From Antedon mediterranea (taxonomy: Eukaryota; Animalia; Echinodermata), in assembly GCF_964355755.1 (NCBI RefSeq), contig NC_092678.1, positions 20,601,365 to 20,665,364 on the forward strand: a stretch of DNA of 64,000 nucleotides, given 5' to 3'. Position 1 is the stretch's first letter. Each line of letters begins with the position of its first letter. A program made the translations under genes and the position numbers. Shown one piece after another: positions 13,279 to 24,600 of the stretch. The notes under the pieces are model-generated. The model was not told the DNA's origin, did not search any database, and worked only from the letters and a program-made list of their open reading frames with translations.

Positions 13279-15707
13279 CAATATATATAACAATACCATG
13301 AAAGCCCCAGTGGTTAGGGCAACTGCATATCAAGCAGACGGTCCGAGTTCGAGTCTTGGTTGGGGCGACTTTTTCTCATTCTCACAGATTTCCTCATCTT
13401 TATCGTTTCAAATTAATTAATTAAATTTCAGTATATCACCGGGCGGTTTAGAATTAATGTTCTTTGCCTGTTGTGTTTATATATATATATATTAATGGTT
13501 AGGACATCTGCATATCAAGCAGGCGGTCCGAGTTCGAGTCTCGGTTGGGGCGACTTTTTCTCATTCTCACAGATTTCCTCATCTTTATCGTTTCAAATTA
13601 ATTTATTAAATGTCAGTATATCACCGGGCGGTTTAGAATTAATGTTCTTTGCCTGTTGTGTTTATATATATACATGTATATATATAAATGCTTGCACTAA
13701 TGAAGGGCTACTGTTGTCCGAAAGCTCTGCTAACTTTTCTGGTTGTTTTACTTATCGTATTGATTTAGCTTTTCGCTTTTTTTTTTGTATCTCCATTGAG
13801 ATCCAGTCACTGATACCCACATCATTGTCATTTTTTCAGTAATTTGCATTTGGATTTATATATAAATGCTTATAAGTACTGTATGTACGTTGTAGACATG
13901 TATAAGAAACGAAAGCAATCAAGCGAAAGCAAGCAGCATTTATTGTAACAACATCCTATTATTATCATCCAAACATGACGTAGACAATTTAGGGAATAAA
14001 CATTAATACTATGATATGTATAACGTAGGCGTAAATTATATTAGTCCTGTGTTAAACATTCTATTAACCTTAATTCAGTATTCACCTGTTGAACATACAT
14101 AATAAAAACCGTTCATCTAGAAACTCTGTGACTAGTAAAGCTATGTGACTATTAAAACTAGTAAAACTCTGTGACTAGTAAAACTATGTGGCTATTAAAA
14201 CTAGTAAAACTCCGTGACTAGTAAAACTATGTGACTAGTAAAACTATTAAAACTATGTGACTAGTAAAACTATGTGACTATTAAAACTAGTTAAACTCTG
14301 TGACTAGTAAAACTATGTGACTATTAAAACTAGTAAAACAATGTGACTAGTAAATCTATGTGACTATAAAAACTAGTAAAACTATGTGAATAGTAAAACT
14401 ATGTGACTATAAAAACTAGTAAAACTCTGTGACTAGGTAAACTAATACAATTATTCGATTAGTAAAACTAGTAAAAGTATGTGACTAGGTAAACTATAAG
14501 TAACAATATATAACCTAGATGGTACACTCGCTTACCATCTAGGTCCTGCCTACAGATGCTTCTCGAATACAAAGTAATTTCAGCGTAAAAAACTGACGAT
14601 TTCACATTTACGTACAGCAGGACTACATTGTCGTTTACAGAAACGAATAGATAGATACGATGATTTATGTAGTAAACTAAAATTAACACCCTGGGAATTA
14701 CTTCCGAAAGAGAAACTTGTCACAAAATGAGTCCACATTTTTTTTATGTTTGAAACAAATAAACCCAATTTGTGTTTTGTATGTAACATTATGGGATGGA
14801 AGAGGATAGGTACAAAGAGAAACAATGTTTAAATATATTCGTATCCACTCAGTAACGAAATATTTTGTTCATATTTTATATGCCTATAAATAATATACCA
14901 CTAAATACAGTGCGATTTAATATTTTGTCACTGTCATAGTCGAGTGAAAAAGTAAAGTACATGTAACGATACACCACTACGACGTTTATATTTTTTGTAA
15001 TTATTAATTAATACAAACGTTGAGAAGCAACTGTCAGTAAAATAGTGTATTTGTATATTATGTGTTTATATCTAACAGTAGGGCCTACCCACACTCATAG
15101 TAATAAAGTTTATTTGTATATATGTTTATATTATATCTAACAGTATCCACACTCACAGTAAAAATTTTGCGATTCAAATGGCGATAGTGGTTAATACGTA
15201 TTTACAGTATTGTCAAAGTATTGCAATACTAGTCTAAACGTTTAAGTTTATCCTCTAATGGCCCATAAATTTACCTACTTGTGTTAAACCAAATAATTTG
15301 GAATTTTCCATTCATCGCAAATCAATGCATTTGTATACAAGTTTGTATTAAATCTATCAAAATAGTAAATTCGTTTTAATTGTCAATAAATAATTATCTT
15401 ACTCAATATAATTAGTAAACAGGGTTACATCGGGTAGTTAAAATCAGTACCGAAAGTACGAACCAACTTTATATAGCATCGAGTAAACATTCTAGAAGTA
15501 ATGCGCGATTCACCGAATTTACTGATTATTGAAAAATATTTCATTTTGTATTTCTTATAACTAAAATGCATAGTTAAACTTTTGTTCTTTTTCTATTTCT
15601 GAGCTGCTTAAAAAACAATCAAATTTATACTACTTACCATTTCTATCAAAAAGGACTATCAAACTAGATAGGACAATTACTTTGCCCCAAATCGGCGGAT
15701 ACAACAT
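1525..15707 (-). CDS. Gene A: uncharacterised secreted C-type lectin domain / Asp-box protein (~840 aa, 13 coding exons)
   Basis: Exons (minus strand): 15707-15638, 10372-10212, 6924-6856, 6716-6602, 6442-5767, 5234-5045, 4789-4585, 4335-4124, 3987-3774, 3253-3059, 2365-2213, 2040-1837, 1583-1525. All junctions are GT-AG with matching phases; total 2523 nt. N-terminus MLYPPIWGKVIVLSSLIVLFDRNAPAEA is signal-peptide-like. CTLD: CRPGYTPYKETCYKVF...WDTAKAACEADNAQLV...YWIGL...WTDGS...EDC...WDIMDC...AICE. Asp-box SKDHGATW. Ends KKDCC-TAA. Exon structure is mirrored by paralog B. Confidence 0.85.
7082..7440 (+). repeat. Left copy of the ~359-bp duplication flanking the LINE
   Basis: AAAATACTAAATTACATC...GAATAGATATTATC matches 9815-10173 (offset 2733) with no differences seen by eye. 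Confidence 0.9.
7441..9814 (+). mobile_element. 5'-truncated young L1/Tx1-clade LINE (ORF2 RT + C-terminal zinc knuckle, 3' UTR, polyA) in gene A intron 2
   Basis: Uninterrupted ORF to 9446 with DFKKAFDS, GIRQGCPLS, SQLADDT, KILGI and CDKC...HLFFSC. AATAAA at ~9777 and an A-tail ending ~9814. Flanked by a 359-bp direct repeat. Confidence 0.93.
9815..10173 (+). repeat. Right copy of the ~359-bp duplication flanking the LINE
   Basis: Begins directly at the LINE polyA and matches 7082-7440. Confidence 0.9.
10624..10774 (+). mobile_element. RTE-clade LINE 3' fragment with (GAA)n tail
   Basis: Degenerate KIRWRDEL...QRVARDK...EAFVL.W terminus, (GAA)n tail and 10-bp TSD ATATTTTGTT (10614-10623 / 10775-10784). 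Confidence 0.7.
10889..12290 (+). mobile_element. Second, decayed copy of the same L1/Tx1 family in gene A intron 1
   Basis: Highly similar to 8130-9814 but with stops and two internal deletions. PolyA tail; 11-bp TSD AACCAGCAGTA (10878-10888 / 12291-12301). Confidence 0.92.
12848..13109. mobile_element. MITE (Harbinger-like TIRs)
   Basis: GGTCTATTTACACTAGGACGATA ... TATCATCCTAGTGTAAATGGGCC inverted ends with TAA/TTA flanks. A partial related copy lies at ~17762-17800. Confidence 0.6.
13200..13275. repeat. (TA)n microsatellite
   Basis: Long run of TA dinucleotides. Confidence 0.95.
13310..13790 (+). mobile_element. Tandem ~185-bp tRNA-like/(TA)n units followed by a Penelope-type hammerhead remnant
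   Basis: Units at ~13312-13490 and ~13497-13685 share GGTTAGG..CTGCATATCAAGCAG..GGTCCGAGTTCGAGTCT (tRNA A/B-box-like). Downstream is a CTAATGA-stem-GAAA-GCTC hammerhead-like core at 13694-13730. Confidence 0.55.
14118..14500. repeat. Minisatellite built of AAAACTATGTGACTAGT / TTAAAACTAGT units
   Basis: Many imperfect tandem ~11-18-bp units. Confidence 0.9.
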
Positions 15708-16679
15708 GTTGTGTTTCGGCTCTTTAAACTAACAAAGCCTTATCTTGTCTAACCTTACTGCGACTAGTAGAAAGATTGAACATTTCATGCAATGCGGTGC
15801 TGTCATGCGTAGTAAGATCTAATTAGTCTTGTCTTCCAGTTGCATTTTGACACGCGCACGTTATCGTCAGGTGTTCACGCCATCTACGTCTTGACAGGAT
15901 TGTTATTTATCAATTTTGTCGAAACGTATTTTAAAAATCAATGTAAACACAGAAACTAAAATACAATAATAAATTTAAACAAAATAATATTGTATAGCTA
16001 TGACCGCTTATTTTTTGTGTATCCAGTTCCTTTGTTTGGTCACCTAGGTAGGGGTCCGGGACCGCGACAGAACGAGAACCAAAGAAATTGCATTTTATTT
16101 GTCAGGAACTTGTATGATTTGTTTTTTATTTTAAATGCGCCTTGAGCACTCTCGATTGGTATGTGCGCTATAAAAATCTTATTATTATTATTATTTACTG
16201 TCAGAATGCGAGAGCAAATTTTTTTTTCTTTTAAGTTAAAGTTCAATTTATACAGAAATAATAACAATACTTGATACTGATTTGGCAATCAATCAATCAA
16301 TCAATCAATTTATATATCTTAAATTGCGCCACACTAATTGCGAATGGTATTTTGGAATAAGGCAAAATAAAACTGTAATATTTTTTCGGAGACGAAATCA
16401 AATGACCTATTCTCACCATTCAGTTCTTGTTTGATCTTGCTTTCTGAAATAAAAGGAAAGATTGAATGAACATTCATCATCAACTAGAATATATGCCCAT
16501 ATTTGGACATGATGTCATATCACTACCATATTTAAGCAAATCACTACCATATTTGGGCACATCACACTTTTTTTGTCGAACTACTTTGATAGTGCAGACT
16601 GAGTTTTAGTGTGTCTTTAGCACGCACATAAATTGTTAAAGAAAAATAACTGCATAATTATATGAACAAGTAGGTCTAA

Positions 16680-16819
16680 AGCTCTGTGTACGCTATCAAA
16701 CTAGTTTGACAAAATAAGTGTGATGTGCTCAAATATGGTAGTAATATGACATCGTCATGTCCATATATGGGCATATCACATTTTTTTGTCACATAAAGTT
16801 TGATAGTGTAGACAAGGCT
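16680..16819. mobile_element. Abundant Harbinger-type MITE family (TIR AGCTCTGTCTACACTATCAAAC; TWA target)
   Basis: Representative copy. Other full or partial copies at ~16490-16605, 18993-19100, 19219-19322, 19358-19510, 20545-20685, 21033-21161, 34239-34390, 41088-41188, 42052-42113, 46348-46479, 58135-58220, 59465-59600, 60002-60133, 60378-60525, 62543-62736, 62860-63000 (TTA on both sides) and 63549-63719. Internal ~21-bp repeats ATATCACTACCATATTTGGGC. Confidence 0.85.
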
Positions 16820-17552
16820 TCAGGGTAATAAATCACAATTTGCAGAGTAAGCAATTGTGCAGTTTTAAGTCATTCATTTTCTTGGGAAAAAACGAACACA
16901 AATAATAATTTCACTTTTAAAAAGATAGAATAAACAGGAAAAATTAACCAAAAACATGACTAATTGCCTACGGTAGGTCTATTATAGTTTTGTCAGTTTT
17001 TAAGTATTTTTTCACTAATCCAATTGTGGTCACTAATTAGACTTACTTGGCCTGTGTGACAATTTAAATGGTATATTTAACAAAATTTGTTCCGAAAAAC
17101 ATGTTTTAAAATAAAACAACCCCAATATTTTTACCAAATTGCGTTTATTTAGACCTAACAGCCATCCATCCCATCAGAAACAAATTCGGTTTCAGTTTCT
17201 TCAGTTCCAATAAGTAATTAGACATTTTTTATACGTAGATAATGATTGTCTCGTTGCTTTAGTACCTATTTTACAATACACTGTGTTCTTTCTCGTTACT
17301 TAGTACAGTAATTAAATTATCCAACTAGTGGCAGTTACCACGGTTACAATTATTCTGTAAAAGCTTATAAAATGAGCAGATCGATACCTCGGTTTGCTTA
17401 TTAATGTACATATAATTACCTACACGTTGTGTTAATGTTTTTTCTGGCGTGGTTATTCACGATAAGGCTATAAAATGTGCCTATGAATTTAATTGAAGTT
17501 CGTTCTATAGCGAGTAACACAATGGTTAATCTCCCCATCCCTGTTTACCCTT

Positions 17553-17759
17553 AAGCTTGGTTCCCACTGGCGACGCGACGTATCGAAACCTACGCAACGT
17601 AAGAAAATGCCCTTCCAATAATTGTGTTTTCACCCGCCTTCGTGAAATCAAACCTGCAATTTTGCAGCACTATTGCGTCGTCGGTTCACAATTGTGATTA
17701 CGCAATACAGCACTTTGCGTCAATACGTCACTGCGTTGCATTCTAGTGGGAACCACGCT
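17553..17759. mobile_element. MITE with AGCTTGGTTCCCACT TIRs (Harbinger-like)
   Basis: AGCTTGGTTCCCACTGG ... CTAGTGGGAACCACGCT with TTA flanks. A partial copy lies at ~17942-18010 and an inverted internal piece at ~18120-18225. Confidence 0.7.
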
Positions 17760-20700
17760 TTAAGACCCGTTTATACGAGGAGGATAACGATCGACGATAC
17801 TTAGAAAAATGTTTAGTGGAGCTTGATGGTTAACGTGCTTGCTTTTTAATCCTAAGGTCCGAGGTTCAATCCGGACCTAGTGCCAGTGTTGCAACTCACG
17901 AATATTTCAACTCCACTTCCTAAGCCTCATATTAAGACTTAAGCTTGGTTCTCACTAGCGACGCAATGTAACGCAATCTACGCAACGTAAGAAAATGCCC
18001 TTTCAATCATTGATAACATAAAATCGAGCAAGATTAAATATCTGATTTGATTAAATGAAAATTCAATAATAGAATAAAAAAAAAACCTGTATTAATAACT
18101 AAAGTGTGCGACAAAACGCATCGCAGCAGCATATTGCGCAAAGTGCTGTATTACGTAATCACAAGTGGGAAACGGCGAAGCAACCGGTCTGATTTCACGC
18201 AGGCGGGGGTAAACATAATTATTAGAAGAAAAACAAAATTGAGGATTGAGTTAGTTTTTCTAAATTTTTGTGTTTGTTTGAACGTTTATGCCTTAAAAAA
18301 ACAATGTACAATACGGACAATAACTGCTTTATAGAGGGCGCAAGACAAGAGTTTTAAGATGAAAGGAATGCTTACAATTAATTTCCTGATTTTTGTAAGG
18401 AGATATTGTGAATATTATACAGTATTACAATGAACAACCTCTTATTAATTAATGTTTAAAGCTTGAGAGAAATGTACCCATTCATTATATTAGTCATACT
18501 TAGAGCTTAGGAAATAACGAATAAATAATATTTGAAATAGGAAACTGGTACTAGGAAAAACACGTGCGCAGCTATTGAATTTATGATAAGATAAAACTTA
18601 AATGCAAAAACCCAATTTTAAAAACACTATTAATGTTAACATTTAAAATCTTTACAGTACATTTTGTTCTAGAATTTTAATTTTCTCTTTTTATTTACCG
18701 TTTACTGATATGGATTTTTTGTTTGAATTACCAAATTTTCCTATTTTTTTTTTTTTTTTTTGCTTTTTTCATGCATGATATTTTAAAATCAGCCAATAAT
18801 GATGAAAAAAAAAAATAATTAATGTTTGTTTAAATGATAAATGATATGTACGGTACTCACCAACGGACGATGTCATGAGCGTCATAAACGTGATCATACA
18901 CGTGGGATTCACAATCTCCATACTGATGATTCAGGAAAGATTTTATCAAACTACAGTCGCTATACAACTTAAAACAAAACAAACAATCTTTAAGCTCTGT
19001 CTACACTATCAAACTAGTGTGATGTGCCCAACTATGGTTGTGATGATCATCGTGTCTATAATTATGGGAACATCACACTTTTTGTCACATAAAGTTTGAT
19101 AACTTATCTCTACTTTTTACTCATGAAAAAAAAGTAATAACTATTCTATTATCAGCCAAATTTCTAAAGTCATTATATCTATAACAATTCATAAAACATT
19201 TTAAAACAAGCAAGCTTTAGACTCTGTCTACACTATCAAACTAGTTGGACAAAAAAAGTGTGATGTGCTCAAATACAGTGATGATATGCCCACATATGGG
19301 TAGTGATATATACGTCAGAGCTTAACTCATCTCTACTTTTTAATCATGGCAAGCTTTAGACTCTATCTACACTATCAAACTAGTTGGACAAACAAAGTGT
19401 GATGTGCCCAAATACGGTGATAATATGTCCAAATATGGTAGTGATATGCACACATATGGGTAGTGATATATACGTCACACTTTTTGTCGTTTGATAGTGT
19501 AGACAGAGCTTAACTCATCTCTACTTTTTAATCATAAAAAAGAGTAATAAACATGTTATTATCAGCCAAATCTCTAAAAGTTATTAGACCCATAATAATT
19601 CATAAAACATCTTTAAAAATTACCAATAAATGGGAAACACGTGATTTGAATGTACAGAACATGAAAATGTAATAATTAATCAAATGTTTTAAATTGCTGA
19701 ATACCTACACAATACACATACCTGGATAATTAGCTGACAATGGTGAACAAGAGCAACAGATGAAAAATAAATCTACGTGAAGTTGACTTTGTGACGGTCG
19801 TATCATTACTGCAATAGGTAATTCGTAATTCTATTTATTTTAAACATCAAACGAAGTATCAATGACCTATGACCCTATTCGTATACTTTTATGACGCTTT
19901 CTATTCGACAACAACACGGCGTAGGCGTGGATCGAAACCTCCGCAAAGAAAAGTCATTTTTCAACCAGAAGAGTTTATTTCTCAATGTGTCTGTCAAACA
20001 CCAATTATTGCAAAGAAACATAATTACGCAACATTATTGTATCATTAACGTTTTATTGTTATAATTGATAGCAATTTCATTATTGTAGTGCTTGCTTAAT
20101 ACGTAATAACTTTTCTTGACGACTATAACACGTTATCTATCCACCGATTAATATATTATATCTAAAAACCAGGTGATCATTTTTAATCATAACATATATT
20201 TTACTTTTAGATTAAATTTGTATTATTAATGCATTTTTCATTGATTTGACTGTTTCAGATACTAATGTATATTTATTCTAACCATTGGATCATTCTCTTC
20301 TTCTGAAGAGCTTCCGTGTATGCATTTATTAACTTAATTCTTATGATTATTTCAGAATAATTCACACACTTATATGGCACATTAAGAGCTAATTGTAACT
20401 CACAGATGCAAATTTAGTTTGCATTTTTTCGATTGTGCTCATTACCAGTAGCCCTTTCATAATCGCAGATGTCCTATTATCGGCCTATTGAGTGTAGTAA
20501 CGTTGTTAGCAAGTATTTGCAAATCTATCTATCTATCTAAGAGCAGGCTCGTCTACATCTTTATGTGACAAAAATGTGATGTGTCCTTATATGGACATAT
20601 CACTACCATATTCGGGCATATCACTGCCATATTTGGGCACATCACACTTTTTTTGTCAAACTAGTTTGATAGTGTAGACAGGGCTTAAGCGCCTTAAATT

Positions 20701-21625
20701 GCAGGCGAACAAAGCGGTGATGGCCGGTTCCTCAGCATAGGGAGGTTGCATCTTTTGTTATTTTTGTTAATTAGGATTTATTTCATGGCTTAAATCTTTT
20801 CTTTATATTTTTCTTCAATGTTTTTTGAAGTCATTACCAGCAAAATGTTTGTTGGTACCCATATATTTCTGTTTTTAAAATAGGCTAGAACATTAGTATC
20901 TACCTATCTAATAAATCTATGTAATAGCATAATCCATCGATACAAATTTGTTAATGAATTTTATATTTTTACACGACTAAATCTAAACATTCACGCTGTT
21001 CCGTTTCACTGAATGAATGGAAGTAGGTTAAAAAGCTCAAACTTTGTGTGATAAAAACATTTGATGTGCCCATATATGGACATGATGATGTCATATCACT
21101 ACCATATTTGGGCACATGACATTTTTTTTTGTCAAACTCGTTTGATAGTGTAGACAGAGCTTATATAATACGTTTACATAATAAAAGACAATTGCTTGTA
21201 CCTAAATTACTAAAAATATAAGTGCTTGTACCTAAATTACGAAAAATATAAGTGCTATAAAAATATTTACATTTTAATCAACTTCGGCCTAATTTTATGT
21301 TATATCTAACAACATCTATCCATGATTACACAATCAGGTAACAGAACAAGACCATTTTACAAGGCTGGCCCAGTCGCGTGTTCAAATTTGAGTTAGTGTT
21401 TACCGACCGACCAACCGACCGACATAATGAGAGCTATAGAACCTGTTATGCATTGTGGTCCTGTCTTATATAAATACAAATGTTTTGTAGTTTCAATATC
21501 TTTGAATACACAATGCATGCCAATACCTTACTACATACCGTAAATAAAAGTTTTCATTCGATTTCATTTTAAAACTACATTAGCAAAGAACAGAACAATA
21601 AGAATAATGGCTTATGATTTTAAAT

Positions 21626-24600
21626 TTAGCAGCAGTCTTGTTTCATTTTCAATACTCCATTGTACTTCAGGCCACTGTCGTCATCTGTTGAAGATAATAC
21701 AAATTGATGTTAATAATATTACATTAATAATATTATATTGATATAATAAATATATAACAATTGTCCTTGTCATTTGATTGCATGGTTGGTATCGACTTAA
21801 ACTTGATATTTTAAAAACACCTTTTGTAACTATCAAACCTTTGTTTTCACACACACTCAAAAGCCGATCCGAAGGTCTTCTGGCATCAAACGCCAACCAA
21901 ACTTGCGTTTCGAACGTCAGTGTGTCGTTTTCACGCGGCTACGCGCATATCGATTGGTGCATAGCCGCGTGGAGCGTCGTGGAAGCGAAACGTTGACGTT
22001 CGATTTGATTTCCCGGATTCGGATCGGAACCGTACCGGAACAGGTGTGAAAGACCCGTTACACCTACATTACATGACTGTGAGAAGTTAGAGTTGAGAAC
22101 CAAAAAGAAAAACTTACATATCCAGTTGTCCTCACTAGTCCCAGCCGTCTTGAAGTCCGGCAAACTTTTTGTCAACGAGTCCCAGTCGTCTTTACTGATA
22201 AACTCCCACGTTACACCATGATCTTTACTGCGCATGTAACTGCGCATGTCCATGTGGATGCCATAGATATGTCCTGTGAGTTGGTCAGATCCAATGACGT
22301 TGTGCAGATTTATTGGAAGAGCTAATGAAGAATATTGATAATAGTGAGGTGTATTTTAAGAAATATAGCATTTTAACTTTAAAGTTGCACTCATAAAAGC
22401 AAATTGGAAAGGCGCTCATGCGCAGTTATTTTTCCAAGATATATATCCGAAACGGATCGATGAAGGAACTGTTTTAAGGAGATAATCTACAGCCATGCTA
22501 TGCTGTTCTATAGAGTAATTTTGTAACCTTGCATCATTGCCTTACCTTTCCATCTCCCATCTGGTGGATTATCTTGTATATAGCAAGACGGAACAACCTT
22601 GTCTGATAGACGTCCAAATGAAGGGTTACAAACAAAAATGACGTCATTATCTGGATCGTCCAATTTCTTTGTAATGACAAAACCCCGGTTGTAATAATCT
22701 GTTAAAATAATGCAAATACTCATCATTGTGTGTGGACATGCTGTGAGGTCACAGGTGCTTAAAAAAAATAACCCAGACAGAAACCAAACCATGAAGATGA
22801 TCTGGGGTTGTTGGAATAAGTTTGAAGTCCGTCTTCGACATTTACTATTTCTTGTTTATTTGAGTTGTTTTAAGTCGAGTAGTGTTTGTTTTAGATGAAT
22901 TATTTTAAACTAAATTATTATTTGTAAACTCTTAACATTAAAATAAATTTGACCAATCACAAGCACGATTCTAATCCAATCTTGCTTTCTATTGGTTGCA
23001 TAATGTGCTGACGTAGTATTTTAATTAGTCATAAGAGGCGTATCTTCCCGTAATATATTCAGCATAATCCCGAAATTTACCTGAAACTGGACAGTCACTA
23101 GGATCACTGACGCACACACTATGCTTCCCGTTTTCACACTTATGAGCACCAGCTACGCAAGAATTGCACTGGCTAGATCCTGCATCATAATGACAGGTGC
23201 TTGTCTGGCCGTTGGTCCATTTGCTGTATCTCATCACAGGTTCTTTTGCAGGGTAGGGCTCTTGGGTTGGGTTGGGTTCATCTGAAGACAAAATTGTTAT
23301 TAGTAACGCCTGGATGAGATTCGGCAACCTCACTTAGTCTTGCCGAAAACTTTTTTCTAAGAGGCAAGTTGTCTATGGCGTATTTAGACAATGGCAGTCA
23401 TATACAACTAGTATCAGATGTCCTCTCAAAATTGATGAAAGTCTTCGTGCATACATACAGTTCCATTTTTCATACTAGGCCTATAACTTAGGAATTTATT
23501 GAGGATATTTAGTATATTCAAAATATGCAATACTATAATATAAATCAATCATTCAAATGAATAACGCTTGATTCTGTTTTGACATTAGAATTTAAATTAT
23601 ATTGAAGCGACGAGATTTGGACCCTTGAGTTAATTGAATATTAATTAAAGATGTATTGTCCCCAAAAAACATTTAAAAAATGATTCATTTTGTATTGGCA
23701 ATTTTGGAGTTTGATATCACTTAAAAAATAATGGTAAACTCAACCAAAAACCAATTGGCTGGCAACAAAGTGAAACTTGAAGGTTTTTTTTAATAGAACC
23801 CTATTTTAGAGTGACAATATATCTTTAAGCAATCAAGAAACTACCTTGAAACATAGAATACTCGCAGATAGCTGGCAGGACAGCGGTGCAATCCATTATG
23901 TCCCAGTCACCAAGATCAGTACTGACATCCCTTGTATCGTAGACATCTACAAAAGCCGCAGCTCCGCAGTCTTCAGTTGCACTTGTTCCGGGTCTGTTTG
24001 GTAGCCATTTTGTATAAGATGTTAATGAACCATCTGTCCACATGAAAGTATCAGTACTCTAGAAAACGAACATTGTTGGTGGAATAGCCATAAGACGTAC
24101 GGTATATTATATCGCATACAGTTAAATTAATATTTTTAACTATCGCCAGGTTGGTTACGTCATCTTATTAAGTTAGTCGGGAGAGTTCATTACGGTAGAG
24201 TGCGGCGGTTTTTTTAAGTTATATTTATAATTACCATTCTTCAAAAATATGAAGATGATGAACCATACTCACCCCAACGTCTTTCAGCCCAATCCAGTAT
24301 TTGTAAGGAGAGAGTACTGGAACGAGGACGCGAAGAAATTGCTGTTCAAACGTATCTTCGATCATGACTAATTGCGCATTGTCTGCTTCACAGGCCGCCA
24401 TTGCTGCATCCCAAGTTTCTAGCGTGTGGTTGAACACTTGGTAACATGTTTCCTTATAAGGTGAATAACCCGACCGACATAAATCTTTAAAGTAAGTAAA
24501 ACAGTGTCATCTTAATAGGTAGAAAGTAGAATTGTATGTGCCCATCAATGGGGCGATATTGTTTTTTTTTATTACAGATACTGAAGTAGGCCTATATGGT

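Noticed and set aside
13497-13550. tRNA genes (also ~820-880 and ~17816-17885)
   Set aside because: A/B-box-like sequence without a complete cloverleaf, embedded in repeats: tRNA-derived repeat heads.
14118-14500. Short repeat array as CRISPR or iterons
   Set aside because: Degenerate tandem minisatellite without spacers.
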